Below the pieces are notes generated by a model. That model ran no database searches. It had not been told where the DNA came from and saw only the letters and a list, made by a program, of their open reading frames with translations. From the NCBI GenBank assembly GCA_032718475.1, contig JAUCBJ010005935.1:1-64000 (forward strand): 64,000 nt of DNA, read 5' to 3'. The DNA is from Nemertoderma westbladi (lineage: Eukaryota; Animalia; Xenacoelomorpha). Position numbers and translations under genes: made by a program. This document shows, one piece after another, positions 1-13,300 of the stretch; positions within the stretch are counted from its first letter, which is position 1; each line of letters opens with the position of its first letter.

Positions 1-739
1 AACATACATCAACATCAACATCAACACATGAGGTTTACAGGGGCCAGTTTCTCCTGAAAAGCGAAGCAATCGGTTGATAGTGATTAATTCATAGCCGTAG
101 GACTTGATTAAATCGGCCCCAACGTAATGGCGTCTTAAACTCTCAATTCCATCACCTATTGAAGCTAAACTGTGTTGGTGGCGAGTAAAGTTATACCAAA
201 TTAGACAGGGTATTTTATTTATATGTACCCCTTTGTAATTCAGAATCGGTTCTTTCAATGAAATTTAAGAATATAACTTAGTGACGCATAATAACAGGAT
301 TAATATGGATTAGATAAAGGCACATGGGGCTTAGACTTTAAACTGCTTCGACGCCCCTTTCCAGTCTATCGATCACAAGCCATTATCTCTATAGGAAACA
401 CATTTTTTCATAAGAATCTGATACTGTTCGTTGCAGTTCTTTACTGACTTGCATTGCTGAAGTGATTCAGTCAATGTCAAGTATTGCCTAACATCAAAGC
501 TATGCAGTTCTAAATTTTTATTAAAATATTAATGGACATGATGTATTAACGGAATGTATTCACTCATTCTTTCCTTAATTTTCCTTTACTTAGCATAAAT
601 GTCTGTGTCTGTGTTGTTGGTTCAGTTTTCAGTTCATAGGGCCTACCGATCGTCACTGCAGTAAAATCACTCCTTGAGACTGAGGGGCAATCCTAACATC
701 TCCACCAACACCAACAGCACCCACTGCTACGAGTGCAAC

Positions 740-1860
740 TGTTCTGTCGCGTTTCGGCAACTGTCATGTTTAGGCAACTCAAATTCGCGTTTCGGCAACT
801 GAACAATTCGGCAACTCGTAGTTGCATTTCGGCAACTCGTAGTTGCATTTCGGCAACTCGTAGTTGCATTTCGGCAACCCGTAGTTGCATTTCGGCAACT
901 CGTAGTTGCATTTCGGCAACTCGTAGTTGCACTTCGGCGAACTGAAGTTGCGTTTTGGCAACTACAGTAGGTCACAAACCCTCGTATGTAATGTAACTGT
1001 GACTACACTCATTATGTATAAATGATGACAAGTTTAAGTTAGTTGTTGTTATTGACGGCAGTCTGTTTGAGTTAGTTAGTTAATTTTAAATATACCGCAG
1101 CTCAAGTTGTGGATGTGTACGTTTGGAACTGGAGTCTGTCTGTGTGAAACACAACCCGTTTACAATTTCCAAGGGGAGTTTTTCTAATAGAAAGCGAAGC
1201 GCACCTTGCTGGGCTGTGTTTCCACTTTCCAGCAACAACTTCAGTAATAATAATTAATTTCATTTATTATTTTGTTGAATTGGTAAATTGGCGACCTATT
1301 TTGAAAAACCAAATTGAAAAGGGGAATAGATAAACAGTACGGTATGAATTAATATCAGATTGAATTACTAATAGACATAATATATAGAATATGTAGACAA
1401 TATATGGAATTAATAATATTAGTTTCTATATAACTCGAAGTAAAAGTTATGGTTCAACAATTAAAGCGATAAAGCGACTCAAGAATGAATAAAGTATGTA
1501 ATAATTTTCACCCAAATATTATTATTTGTGTACGTTTACAACATCTACAGTATGGTTGATTAGATTATTGTTTCCGATGTATGCCAACGTACTGTATCTT
1601 CTTTGACCCTAGAGATAAGCTTGGTCATTAGCAACAGGAGTTGCCGAAACGCATCTATCAGTTTCCCTAAGCGCATCCTGTTAACATCAGTTGCCGAAAT
1701 GCAACTATGAGTTGTCGAAATGAAACTGCGAGTTGCCGAAATGCATCACTTAGTTGCCGAAACGCAACCTTGTTACCCTGTTGGCGAAACGCGACTATGA
1801 GTTGCCGAAACGGGGTTCAAACGCTACTATCAGTTGCCGCTTGCTGAAACGCGACAACAC
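740..1860. mobile_element. Foldback-like element with arms made of 21-bp repeats in inverted orientation
   Basis: Left arm ~745-965 (TTTCGGCAACTCGTAGTTGCA)n; right arm ~1630-1858 with AGTTGCCGAAAYGCA; ends TGTCGCGTTTC / GAAACGCGACA. No TSD identified. Confidence 0.6.
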
Positions 1861-1927
1861 CAGCGCAACCTAACCTAATCACTCCAATAAGGTTCACAGA
1901 CACATGCACCAACATTTAATGAGTATA

Positions 1928-2470
1928 TTATTAGGGTTGTTAACACTTGGATGTCATCGATAACTACAGCTGCAGCTTTAAATCATCGATTGTCTGTAGT
2001 CAGAAGACAGCAGGAGATGCAGTTGTATAAATATATGTGGGGTGCGTTCCCATAGGGATTAACCTTGTTTGGTCACCGAATCGCTACTGACTAGTGATGC
2101 GCAAAAGTTGTATAGTAATTGTTTATCCACCTGGCCCTGGGCTACTGGTATTCTCTACATATGACAATCTCTTGCTTGTGCCCCTCCAAGGTTGACTGAC
2201 ACATGTACCCACGTCTAATGAGTGTGATTGTGGGATTAACCGTGTTTAGTGTTTATATAAAACTCAGCCTCCTCCATTACAATATTAGGGTTGATAACAC
2301 TTGAATGATATCGATAACTACAGCTGTAGCTTTAAATCATAGATTGTCGGTAGTCAGAAGACAGCAGGAGATGCAGTTGTATAAATACAGTATATGTGGG
2401 GTGCGTTCCCAAAGGGTTTAACATGCGTGAATGTTATTCAGTAATTATTGTTTATCCATCTGACGCTGGA
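1928..2470. repeat. Diverged direct duplication (~355-bp offset)
   Basis: TATTAGGGTTG..ACACTTG...GTAGTCAGAAGACAGCAGGAGATGCAGTTGTATAAAT at ~1928-2065 and ~2283-2425. Confidence 0.8.
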
Positions 2471-2743
2471 GCACTAGAAAATTTACAGTATTAAAAATTA
2501 GTAGACAATTCGCCGTTTTGAAAACGAACAGTTACCGTGTCTAAAATTAATTATGTTTATCATGTATCATGTTGCCACATCATTAAAGGTAAAATTATAT
2601 GCACTGTTAGTACATAATTCATAGGGATGTAACCCACATGGCGCATATAATATGTGGCCCCAACAAATTGTTTTATAGACATAATATTCTTCAAATGCCG
2701 GAAGTTATATTTAGAATAGTTCCTGAGACAATCGTTGCTTTTC

Positions 2744-3075
2744 ATGTGGGGCGAGCCACGAAGTGAGCGAAGCCTTAACATATGGGTGCCATTGGCGAGT
2801 TGTCTGTCGTCGTCGTCGTCGTCGTCTGTCGTCGTCGTAAATTTTTGATCACTAATAACTCGGTTATTCCTCGATGAAATTAAACGAAACTTGGTACGTA
2901 TGTAGTCCGTCAATAGTTTAGAAAGAATCTGAAGTTTGGTCAAAAACGAACGAACGCAACGAGGCACAAGTGTTGTGTTGAAGACTTCTGACTAAAGGCA
3001 GACAACTCGTTAATGGTGCCCATATGCTAAAGGCTTTGCTCACTTCGTGCTGCGCGAAGGCCCCACGAACTTGTA
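2744..3075 (+). mobile_element. Non-autonomous DINE-1/HINE (Helentron-associated)-like interspersed repeat
   Basis: Subterminal inverted repeats CACGAAGTGAGCGAAGCCTT / AAGGCTTTGCTCACTTCGTG, internal (GTC)n microsatellite, AAACTTGGTAC core; related copy at 52021. Family assignment is by resemblance. Confidence 0.55.
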
Positions 3076-3826
3076 ATCCTATACAAACATTATATGGGTA
3101 CACTTTTTTTTAATTTAAAATTTAAAAATTATTTGTTACACATATATTGGGTGATATGAGAAGGTGTGAATTTTATTCATACCACCACGCACCACTCCTC
3201 ACACAAAGCTTAAAAAGCATATAACTTTCTTAAAATTCTTAAAGTATGAAATAGCGGTGCCAGCTTCTCTATTTTCTTTTGTTTACATAAAATATTATAT
3301 TATATTTATTTACATATTTTATTTACATAAATCTAATCTAAACTTCTTAGCTCAGTAAAATTACATGTTAATTCTCCAAACTAACTTATGTTTATTCATA
3401 AATTAAATTCATGTAGGCCTAGTAGTACCGGTCCGGTATCTAAATATAAAACTAACTCAATAGATGCGATGACTGCTCGTGATGGTTTCGGTACATATCG
3501 GATGAGCCATTCACCAGGACACGGTCCAATGATAATTCGCATGATAAGGTCCCAACAATCATCTTCATTACATGAGATAAGTGGATCAGAAGTCGGAGCC
3601 AGTAAAAGGGTTTCCTGTTTTTTGACTAGTTTATAGCTATTCTACTACAAGAGGCGACCACTAGCTAAGTGGGTTGATATGGGGCAATTATTTAATCATT
3701 TTTGCTCTACTTGGTGGGAACTTTCTTTTTGAGTTATCTATTTTGTGTGACATTTTCGTAAACAAGAAGGACCCACGTATTAAACATAAACAACCACGAT
3801 TCGTGTTTAAAAGAACCAGTACAAGA

Positions 3827-4287
3827 CAGTGGCGGATTTAGAAAACTGACGAGTGGGAACATGAATTTTTTTCATATAGCCTGCTCAATTTTTCAACTTG
3901 TCAAAGCGCATATTGTATACAACTTGCCACAACTATTTAATTAATATATTCAATATATTTGCCACAAATATATTAATTAAAATTATGATACATTATTTAT
4001 TCAAGCTTATAAGATATAATATTATTATTATGTTAAATTATTATTGCTCTGATTGGACGGCAATAACTCCGCTAATGACCAAACCTGATTTGTGTAACTT
4101 GTACAAACAATAATGGTAGGCCTACTTTCTAGTAATCTCTTCAGCTTAATAAAAAAAAGGATGTGGGTTGATATTGCCCTGGCATTGGATTCCCCGTCTG
4201 ATTGAGATGATTTAAGGAGGGGGGGGGGGGGGGCATATGACCCAATGCACCCCCCCCCCCCCCCCCCCCCCCCTAAATCTACCACTG
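3827..4287. mobile_element. Possible MITE with hAT-like TIRs
   Basis: CAGTGGCGGATTTAG ... CTAAATCTACCACTG (13/15 match); no 8-bp TSD visible. Confidence 0.35.
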
Positions 4288-4339
4288 AGTCACGCCCATA
4301 ATTCTATTGTAACTCCAGCTGTGAGCGCTAGTGGGAGCT

Positions 4340-4945
4340 CTCCAGAAAACGATTTAGTAAACGTAGATATTGTCGGATATAATAAATTATTTTAAATTTG
4401 TATCGCAAAACAAAACATTATAATTATAATGGTATGCGTTTTAGTGGTGGTGTTCTTGTATATTTTAAAACGGAACTTGATGTTACGACTTGTATTATGT
4501 TTGGGTTGAAATTGAGTAAAGTATATCTAGGTCTACCTAAGGATACCATTCTCTGCTGTACCTACAGTGTGCACATATACCTCCAATAGGTTCCACCAGC
4601 CACAATTACTGTACTTTAGATTTATTTGAAGACATAGAAAGTGGTGTGGCTTTTTATTGCGATTTGGCTGACATTTTGATAGTAGGCGATCTGAACGCTC
4701 GGACGGTTTTGGCTGAAGATTATATTATTAACGTCGGAAATAGTCGACTATCTTTTATAGGAGAGTTAATGGACGACGAAATAGATCTTCTAGAATGTGG
4801 TATTAGTAAATCTCGTAAAAATCGGGATCTTACGTCATCAACTTTTGGTAAAGCCTTAATAAACAAACATGCATAAAAATACCTTTTTGCGAATTTTTAA
4901 TGGCCGAATTGGAAAGGATAAAGAAAAGTGACTTCACTTTTCGTT
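4340..4945 (+). pseudogene. Decayed non-LTR retrotransposon APE endonuclease fragment
   Basis: Broken frames with RFSGGVLVYFK, ILIVGDLNART, FGKALI, IFNGRIGKD. Confidence 0.75.
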
Positions 4946-4989
4946 AAACAAATTGATTCGTCTGCCATTCATTATGTGCGTATGGTTGC

Positions 4990-6020
4990 GGTATGGTACG
5001 GTTGCTAGGTACGGTACGGTTGCTAGGTACGGTACGGTTGCTAGGTACGGTACGGTTGCTAGGTACGGTACGGTTGATAGGTACGGTACGGTTGCTAGGT
5101 ACGGTACGGTTGCTAGGTACGGTACGGTTGATAGGTACGGTACGGTTGCTAGGTACGGTACGGTTGCTAGGTACGGTACGGTTGCTAGGTACGGTACGGT
5201 TGCTAGGTACGGTACGGTTGCTAGGTATGGTACGGTTGATAGGTACGGTACGGTTGACGGTACGGTTGCTAGGTACGGTACGGTTGCTAGGTACGGTACG
5301 GTTGCTAGGTACGGTACGGTTGCTAGGTACGGTACGGTTGCTAGGTACGGTACGGTTGCTAGGTACGGTACGGTTGCTAGGTACGGTACGGTTGCTAGGT
5401 ACGGTACGGTTGCTAGGTACGGTACGGTTGATAGGTACGGTACGGTTTACGGTACGGTTGCTAGGTACGGTACGGTTGCTAGGTACGGTACGGTTGCTAG
5501 GTACGGTACGGTTGCTAGGTACGGTACGGTTGCTAGGTACGGTACGGTTGCTAGGTACGGCACGGTTGCTAGGTACGGTACGGTTGCTAGTTACGGTACG
5601 GTTGATAGGTACGGTACGGTTGCTAGGTACGGTACGGTTGATAGGTACGGTACGGTTGCTAGGTACGGTACGGTTGCTAGGTACGGTACGGTTGCTAGGT
5701 ACGGTACGGTTGCTAGGTACGGTACGGTTGCTAGGTACGGTACGGTTGCTAGGTACGGTACGGTTGCTAGGTACGGTACGGTTGCTAGGTACGGTACGGT
5801 TGCTAGTTACGGTACGGTTGATAGGTACGGTACGGTTGATAGGTACGGTACGGTTGCTAGGTACGGTACGGTTATTAGGTACGGTAAGGTTGCTAGGTAC
5901 GGTACGGTTGCTAGGTACGGTACGGTTGCTAGGTACGGTACGGTTGATACTGTAGGTACGGTACGGTTGCTAGGTACGGTACGGTTGATACTGTAGGTAC
6001 GGTACGGTTGCTAGGTACGG
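4990..6020. repeat. 18-bp minisatellite (GGTACGGTACGGTTGCTA)n, roughly 55 copies
   Basis: Directly visible; GCTA/GATA variants; explains the YGTVAR and GTVRLL ORFs. Confidence 0.95.
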
Positions 6021-6520
6021 ATATTTAAGCCAATCGTAATTAATTCGGCCACAATATAATTGTTGCTATGCAGCTGTTAAGAATAACAAACTGAGATTAT
6101 TTATGGCCCTAAAAGTAAAACAGTTTCCTATTGCGATTGCCATCATCTATATTTTGTTGGCAAAAATAAATATTATAATAATGGACATTTTTAGTACTAG
6201 GCCTATCCCCCTCCCAATATACTAAAACTACCGCAATACATAAATATCTACAGTATGTCGGAACTTTATATCCCGCTACCTCACTTAACAAAATAATATA
6301 TAATTATATTATTAACTAAATATATTCACACATTTCCAAATGTTAGTAACAAATTTTTTTTAGTAACAAACATTTTTACTCAAAATTATATAAAAACTAA
6401 AATTGTAATTGATAAAGCTACGTATTCCTAAATCTATAATAATATAGGTTAAATAAATATATTCACATCATTTGCCATTACAATTACTATAACAATGTGG
6501 GTCATGAGAATGTTTTTCAG

Positions 6521-7368
6521 TTAAGTTGATTCTATTATTAGTTTCTTCGGTCTCCGTAACAGTATCACCATAGCAACAGTAACTATGACAATAATGATAA
6601 ATAATGAGACTGAGAGTACTGGTAGCAGGTAGTTAACGCTAGATGGCGCGGCATTCTTTCTTCCCGGTTCTATTGAACTAATGGTACACTCTGGGCAATG
6701 TAGGTTGAGGGTGGACTCTAAATCCATTCTAAAGTCGTCAATTAACCTAAAAATACATTAAATTATTTTATTTGATATAGCGAAGGATTGGGATTGAAAC
6801 AACAGTATTGAAAAACAGGTAAATAAGATTCTTAGATGATAATAATTATACTTATGTCTTGTTATTGGAATGCATAACTAATGCTAATGGTACTTGGTGT
6901 GTCCTGGGCTGACACCTTTTATAGAACCTAAATCGTCTGACATACTAATGGACTTGGGGATCTAACTGTAACCTGTTCTAGTGATTCCACTTTACAGTTT
7001 AGATTTTCGAGATATTACTGAGATGGTAGTTGTGTCAATAGATCAAGTCCCATCTTGTCCCAGTTTGGTACATTATGTCAACTTTTTCACCGCTTTGGGA
7101 AAACATTATAGTGACGGTGCTCTGACGGCAGCGTTGCGCTCGCTAGGTGCAAACATACGGCTCAGGCCTTAACGTTGTAAAGAGCTACATTTAACTTAAT
7201 TAATAATGTAAATAATTATTATTACCACAATGTTATTGATATAAATATAGAGGATAAGGTATTGTGTCACTGGTTAAATAATGTAAAGTTACTGCTCACC
7301 TAAGCAAGGTTGATTGTCTCAGTAGTGTATAGGAAGTTGTATTCACTCCATAAAGAGATTCAGTATGG
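6521..7368 (-). CDS. Last two exons (7368-7300, 6746-6521): end of ectodomain, transmembrane helix, very short cytoplasmic tail
   Basis: YLLPVLSVSLFIIIVIVTVAMVILL followed by RRPKKLIIEST-stop; phase-2 junctions agree with the exon ending at 28606; YTLLRQSTLLRLIDD resembles the upstream module's YTLISDAQIKTLIDS. Confidence 0.75.
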
Positions 7369-10300
7369 CTGAAATAACAATTAATATAATTTACTATTAA
7401 AAAAATAATTAATTATTAAAATAGAGTATATATTTATTACAATACATATATATATATAGATATACGTTCGGGCTGAAGGGCCACTTTTGTATATCAAAAG
7501 TGGCCCTATTGCGACTTGGGGGGTATTAAAAAGTGGCCCTTTAGCCCCTTTTTGGCCCTTTAGCCCGAAACCGCAAACGGGCTTGGATGGCCCTTTGTGT
7601 ATATCCTTCCTCTAAAAAGTTATGCACCTTCATTTTATTACTAAATGAAAACACAATTTTCGGGCCACTTACCAAAATGTATAAAATGGAATTAGGGCCA
7701 AAAAAGTCAAAAGGGCCAAAATTTGCCAAAATTGGTCCTCTTACTGTCTGGAATAATATATCATTGGCCCGAACTGAGCTTACTATATAGTGAAGAAAGA
7801 AAGGGCCATAACAGGCCCTATTTGATGTGACTTCATATGAAATTTATCAAATTAGTTGAGAAGGAAACGGGCCGAACTGAAAATGAGATAAATAACATTA
7901 GGGCCATTATACAGTGGCCCTTTTGAATCCAATTTGATCCTACAAATAAACTGAGTTGAGAATTTGAGTGGCCCACTTGTTTCAAAATTGATTTCTTAAA
8001 TAAAATGACCCGAAGAAGGGGCCATTTTTACTATCATAAAGAATATATATAGCACAATAGTAGGTAAGGTAATAATTATAATGATGAAACGAAATAAAAA
8101 ATATGAATTTTAGAACAATTCAGAATATTAGATGCACAATGTAATGTTTTAAATAAATATATGGAATTTAGCACAATTTGAAGTTAGGAATTGAAAAATC
8201 ATAAAATTTATTTACTTTTAAGTATAGCCTACTGTATATTGTTTTAACGGTATAATATAGTTTTTTAATGGACATAAAAGTATACCACCACTAAAAATTG
8301 CTGAAACAAGTACAAAGTTACTAACCGGTATTCCATGAATATAACAATGATTACTAAAAGGAGTTTACGGAATTAATAAAAGTTATATACATAGTTTCAA
8401 TAGAAACATTAGTAACAATTAGAGTTGTTACCGAAGTAACGGTATAATTTGAGTTAAAATATTTAATTAAAATATAATCTATTTTAATTATATATCAGTC
8501 AAGCTGAGGTAATTCATTACTTAAGGCTATTCAGTGTTCTTATTCCGTAGATTAATAAATCCTCCAATGATGCGGTACGCATCAGCAGCTCTAGTGTTGG
8601 ACAACGAAGCTTCATAAGCAGATCGTTGAGTCGTCATAATAGTAAATAAAATGCCTTGAGAATAATGAAAAAAAAATTCTACTTTTTTTACCATGTAATA
8701 AATAATTATTTTGTAGCACCAATTCACATCCCCTGTGTCGGGATCAAGAGTAGTTATTTCGCGTTCGCGGATCTGAGCTGTGATGGCCCGCTTTGTTGAC
8801 TTCTTTCGACCCCGTAGAGTAGCCTCGGCGACAAACTCACCAATAATTTCTAATTATGCAATGCTCCTAGGTCACTCCTACCAAATTTCAGATGGAATCT
8901 GATGGTTGGTTCTACAATTACACAGCTACAGTACCTTTACGATTCTGTCAATTCGCCCCCCCCCCCCCCCCTAGCGGCAGACAGGGGAACTTTAAAGTCT
9001 GTCTGAATTTAGAATTTCTAAATAAGCAATGCTTGTGGTGTAGGTCACTCTTACCAAATTTCAAGAAGATATATCAACCATACATAAAATATGTTCAAAC
9101 AAAAATAATGCTTTATTAAAACTTTTATTATTTTAGTTTACTTAACTGTGGTAATTACATTGCAAGTCTTACAATTCATGTTACTATTCATGTCATTTTT
9201 TGAGAAAGTTTGACTGGCCCATTTGTTTCAAAATTGATTTATTAAATTAAATGAACGGGAAAAGGGCCACCTTTACTATCATAAAGAATGAGATGATTTA
9301 CATTAGGGCCACAAATATACATCTTTTACAGTGGCCCATTTGCATCCAAATTGATCTTACCAATAAACTGAGCTGAAAAAGGGCCAGAATGAAATACAAT
9401 GAGCTTAACAGCATTATGGGCCATACTGTAGCGCCATGGAGATATTTATGGACAAGGCTCTTTAGAGCTAGAACATAGTAACGAATAACGAACATAAGAA
9501 CTATAAAAGTCCGTCTAGGCATAGAATTTATAATTATGCAATGCTCCTTGTTCACTCCTACCAAATTTCAGATGAATCTGATGGTTGGTTCTATAATTAC
9601 ACAGCTACTTCTACGATTCTGTCAATTCGCCTCCCTAGCGGCAGACAGGTGAACTTTAAAGTCTGTCTGTGTGTATAATTTCTACTTAAGCAACGGCGAT
9701 AACTGCCCGTTGAAGACATGGGAACTTGAAAGTCTAACCGTACAGTACATAAAATATGTTCAAACAAAAATAATGTTTATTAAAATCTACATTATTTTAG
9801 TTTTAGGTTAACTGAGGTAAATATTACATTGCAAGTCTTACAAATCATGTTACTATTCATGTCATTTTTTGAGAAAGTTTGACTGGCCCATTTGATTCAA
9901 AATTGATTTATTAAATTAAATGAACGGGAAAAGGGCCACCTTTACTATCATAAAGAATGAGATGATTTACATTAGGGCCACAAATATACATAATTTACAG
10001 TGGCCTTTTGCATCCAAATTTATCTTACCAATAAACTGAGACGAAAAAGGGCCAGAATGAAATACAATGAGCTTAACAGCATTAGGGCCATACTGTAGCG
10101 ACATGGAGATATTTATGGACAAGGCTCTTTAGAGCTAGAACATAGTAACGAATAACGAACATAAGAACTATAAAAGTCCGTCTAGGCATATAATTTATAA
10201 TTATGCAATGCTCCTTCGTCACTCCTACCAAATTTCAGATGAATCTGATGGTTGGTTCTATAATTACACAGCTACTTCTACGATTCTGTCAATTCGCCTC

Positions 10301-13300
10301 CCTAGCGGCAGACAGGGGAACTTTAAAGTTTGTCTGAATTTAGAATTTCTAAATAAACAATGCTTGTAGGTGTAGGTCACTCTTACCAAATTTCAAGAAG
10401 ATATATCAACCATACATAAAATATGTTCAAACAAAAATAATGCTTTATTAAAACTTTTATTACTTTAGTTTACTTAACTGTGGTAATTACATTGCAAGTC
10501 TTACAATTCATGTTACTATTCATGTCATTTTTTGAGAAAGTTTGACTGGCCCATTTGTTTCAAAATTGATTTATTAAATTAAATGAACGGGAAAAGGGCC
10601 ACCTTTACTATCATAAAGAATGAGATGATTTACATTAGGGCCACAAATATACATCTTTTACAGTGTCCCATTTCCATCCAAATTGATCTTACAAATAAAC
10701 TGAACTGTAAGAATGAAGAGAAATAAGATAGGGCCATTGAGTTATATAGGTACACTATACCTACATATCTCACTTTATAGATATATAAGTTGGCCCTTTC
10801 GCTCGTTTTTTCATCTTTATGTATGTATATTAAAATGGTATATGTAGGAACATATATACACAAGATATGTAGATATACTAATGGCCCTTTTTACTTCCAT
10901 TCTGTATTATATAGGTACATAATACCCTTAATTTCAAAGATACATATCTATGGCCCTTTAGGCCGAACGTACATATATATATATATATTATTTCTTAAAA
11001 TAGAGCATATAGTACTTATTACTTATTAATTCTTTATGATTAGGTACATTAAATTATTATTTTAATAATATTCGATAATATCAAATTAGATATTAAATTG
11101 TTATATCTTATCAGCTACAGAGACAAAAAGACAAATTATATAGAATTATATTCCCTAAATGCCGTGGATTTTCAAAATTTTATTTTATTCGAATTAACTT
11201 TGTAAAGATTGCTTTGAGTTCTCATTCGTATTTGTTCTATCATTTGAACGCCTATTGGTCAAGTGGTTCAGTAGCTCAGTCGGTAGAGCGTTGGAAATTA
11301 TAATAATAATAATAATAATATTTAATAATTTGTATAGCGCCAACATTACCGGTAGTATTCTATGGCGCTAATCAGAGTTAGAAAAGAAAAGAAAAGAAAA
11401 GTAATAAGCAGGTAATAAACAGGTGAGTCTTTAGTTTTCCTTTGAATGATGCCGTAGACTGGATATCACGTAGCGAAGCTGGTAGTTTGTTCCACAGCCG
11501 GGGCGCGCATACCTCGAACGCCCGCCACCCGAGAGTGTAGCACTGGAACCGTGGTTCGACGAGACTTACTGTGCTACAACTTCTAGTTTGGAGGCGATCG
11601 CGACTAACTTTATGGAGCATTTCGATTATATATTTGGGAGCGTGGCCCACCAAGGCCTTGTGCGTCATCAGCAGTCAAATTATATGTGTAGTAGGTATTG
11701 AGTTCGAATCCTAGTAAGTGCGAATTATTTTTTGTGCAGAATTTCAACTCATTTAAATTGACCGCTACAAATTAATTGCATTTGTCTGTACCAATGAGAC
11801 TGTAGTTATTTGATTGTAACCAATGTCGTGCAAGTTATACATTAGCTGGACCAATAGCTATCTTTAAAACCTTGTTAGAACCTATAGAACAATCGAGAAT
11901 TTTCTCGATTGATTGCGGCACAAATTTGGTATATAAAGGTGCGATTTGTTCATTAGTTATCTCATTACTCTAACCATATTCGTATCTCTGAGTTATCTAA
12001 TATTTGTTTATTCTGTCATTAGTATTCAGATTACATTTTGTATTATTATCTGCAATAAATTCAGAAATACTGCTATCTGCCTTTCTTTTCACCATGGATT
12101 CACTACGGTGAACAAACCTAAGGGACAGGATGGCCGGCTAGAGATCGGGCCGCAGCAATGAACGGGAACATCACAGGAATGTAGACGAGAGACAACCCGC
12201 AATACCATCTTGAGTTATTCGCCCATCGCCTGAAAGGTTAGACAGCGTTCGACGCCTTGCTACCCAAGTGTAAGACCAAAAGATCAAAAGGTAGAAGTAG
12301 TGACACGCTGTGAGCCTAAAATTACATCTTAGGGACTGTACTGTCTTGATTCAGGAAAACCACAGTAGACCTTCATATTCCTACGGGGTAGAGGGAAAGA
12401 GCAGGCAGATACTAGTACGCAGATAGGACGTAGGCACACCGGTACGAAGCATACAAATTGGTAGGGTGCAGCAAACTGTACGCCTAACTCTTGCTAAGTA
12501 CAGGTGTGTGTGCGACTATTTGTAGTACGACGGTGTCCATTGCATTAGAGCTTGTAGGCTAGGGGTTGCTGTGTTTTCACCTGAATTGGGATTGTGCCGT
12601 TCAGGCGGTAGGGCAGTTTACAGCTAGGCGCAAATAAATTGAGGCTATTAGGGATACTAACATCTACCGTGTCCCCGCCAACGCCCTAATAGGAAGTTAC
12701 CCGGACTACCTGGGTGACTAAAATTCTAGATAGGAGCCAGGATAGCTATTAGTAACTGTACGCCTACAGTAGTAAACTAACACATCTCTTCTTAGTATCA
12801 GGGACCTGGTACCTAAAATTGCCGAATTCTGGGCGTAGCATTAACCTTATGCCTGAATTTGAGTCCTGGAAATACGCAGGAGGGGAAGGAACCTTATCAT
12901 TCGTGAGTATTGGACCTACAAGTTGCAAAATTAGAATATTCGTAAAATACACACCGTACCCAGTAATTATATATGTGAAGGAGCAAAACTGTTTTTGACC
13001 GTTCAGAATTAACACACGCGCGTTAGAAATTATTTACACCTCAAAATATATAAAATTAACTTTGTCCGTACTGTGCTTTGCCCGCTAGTTAGACATCTCC
13101 AAATCTCTGCCTGTACCTAGCTAGCGTCTCTTCGCCCAACCATATAAATCACACCGCGGCAAAGTATACGAGCCCCTTAGTCCATCAGTGAGTCAGCCTG
13201 ATTTTAGGATTCGCTGCGCGGGATTTTGTTTCATCGAAGTTTGTCTGCTCGTAGACTGTTTTCTGCCTCACCGGTTATAAGAGATCGATACTGCAATATA

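Noticed and set aside
140-200. 5S rRNA-like fragment (GAAGCTAA...)
   Set aside because: Similarity too short and degenerate to support.
693-975. Short repetitive ORFs; CRISPR-like appearance
   Set aside because: 21-bp tandem repeat with no unique spacers, in eukaryotic context.
4953-5996. 347-aa and 320-aa ORFs (YGTVAR / GTVRLL repeats)
   Set aside because: Stop-free reading of an 18-bp minisatellite; no coding signal.
6853-7184. GC-richer block with an acceptor-like site, possible exon
   Set aside because: Stops in all three minus-strand frames soon after the acceptor.
12510-12770. Group II intron or known small ribozyme in the LTR (GTGCG start, GAGCC...AC bulge)
   Set aside because: Lower D5 stem cannot form; no hammerhead or HDV core found by eye.
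11946-13015. Short ORFs duplicated in both LTRs
   Set aside because: Non-ATG or low-complexity frames; duplication simply reflects LTR identity.
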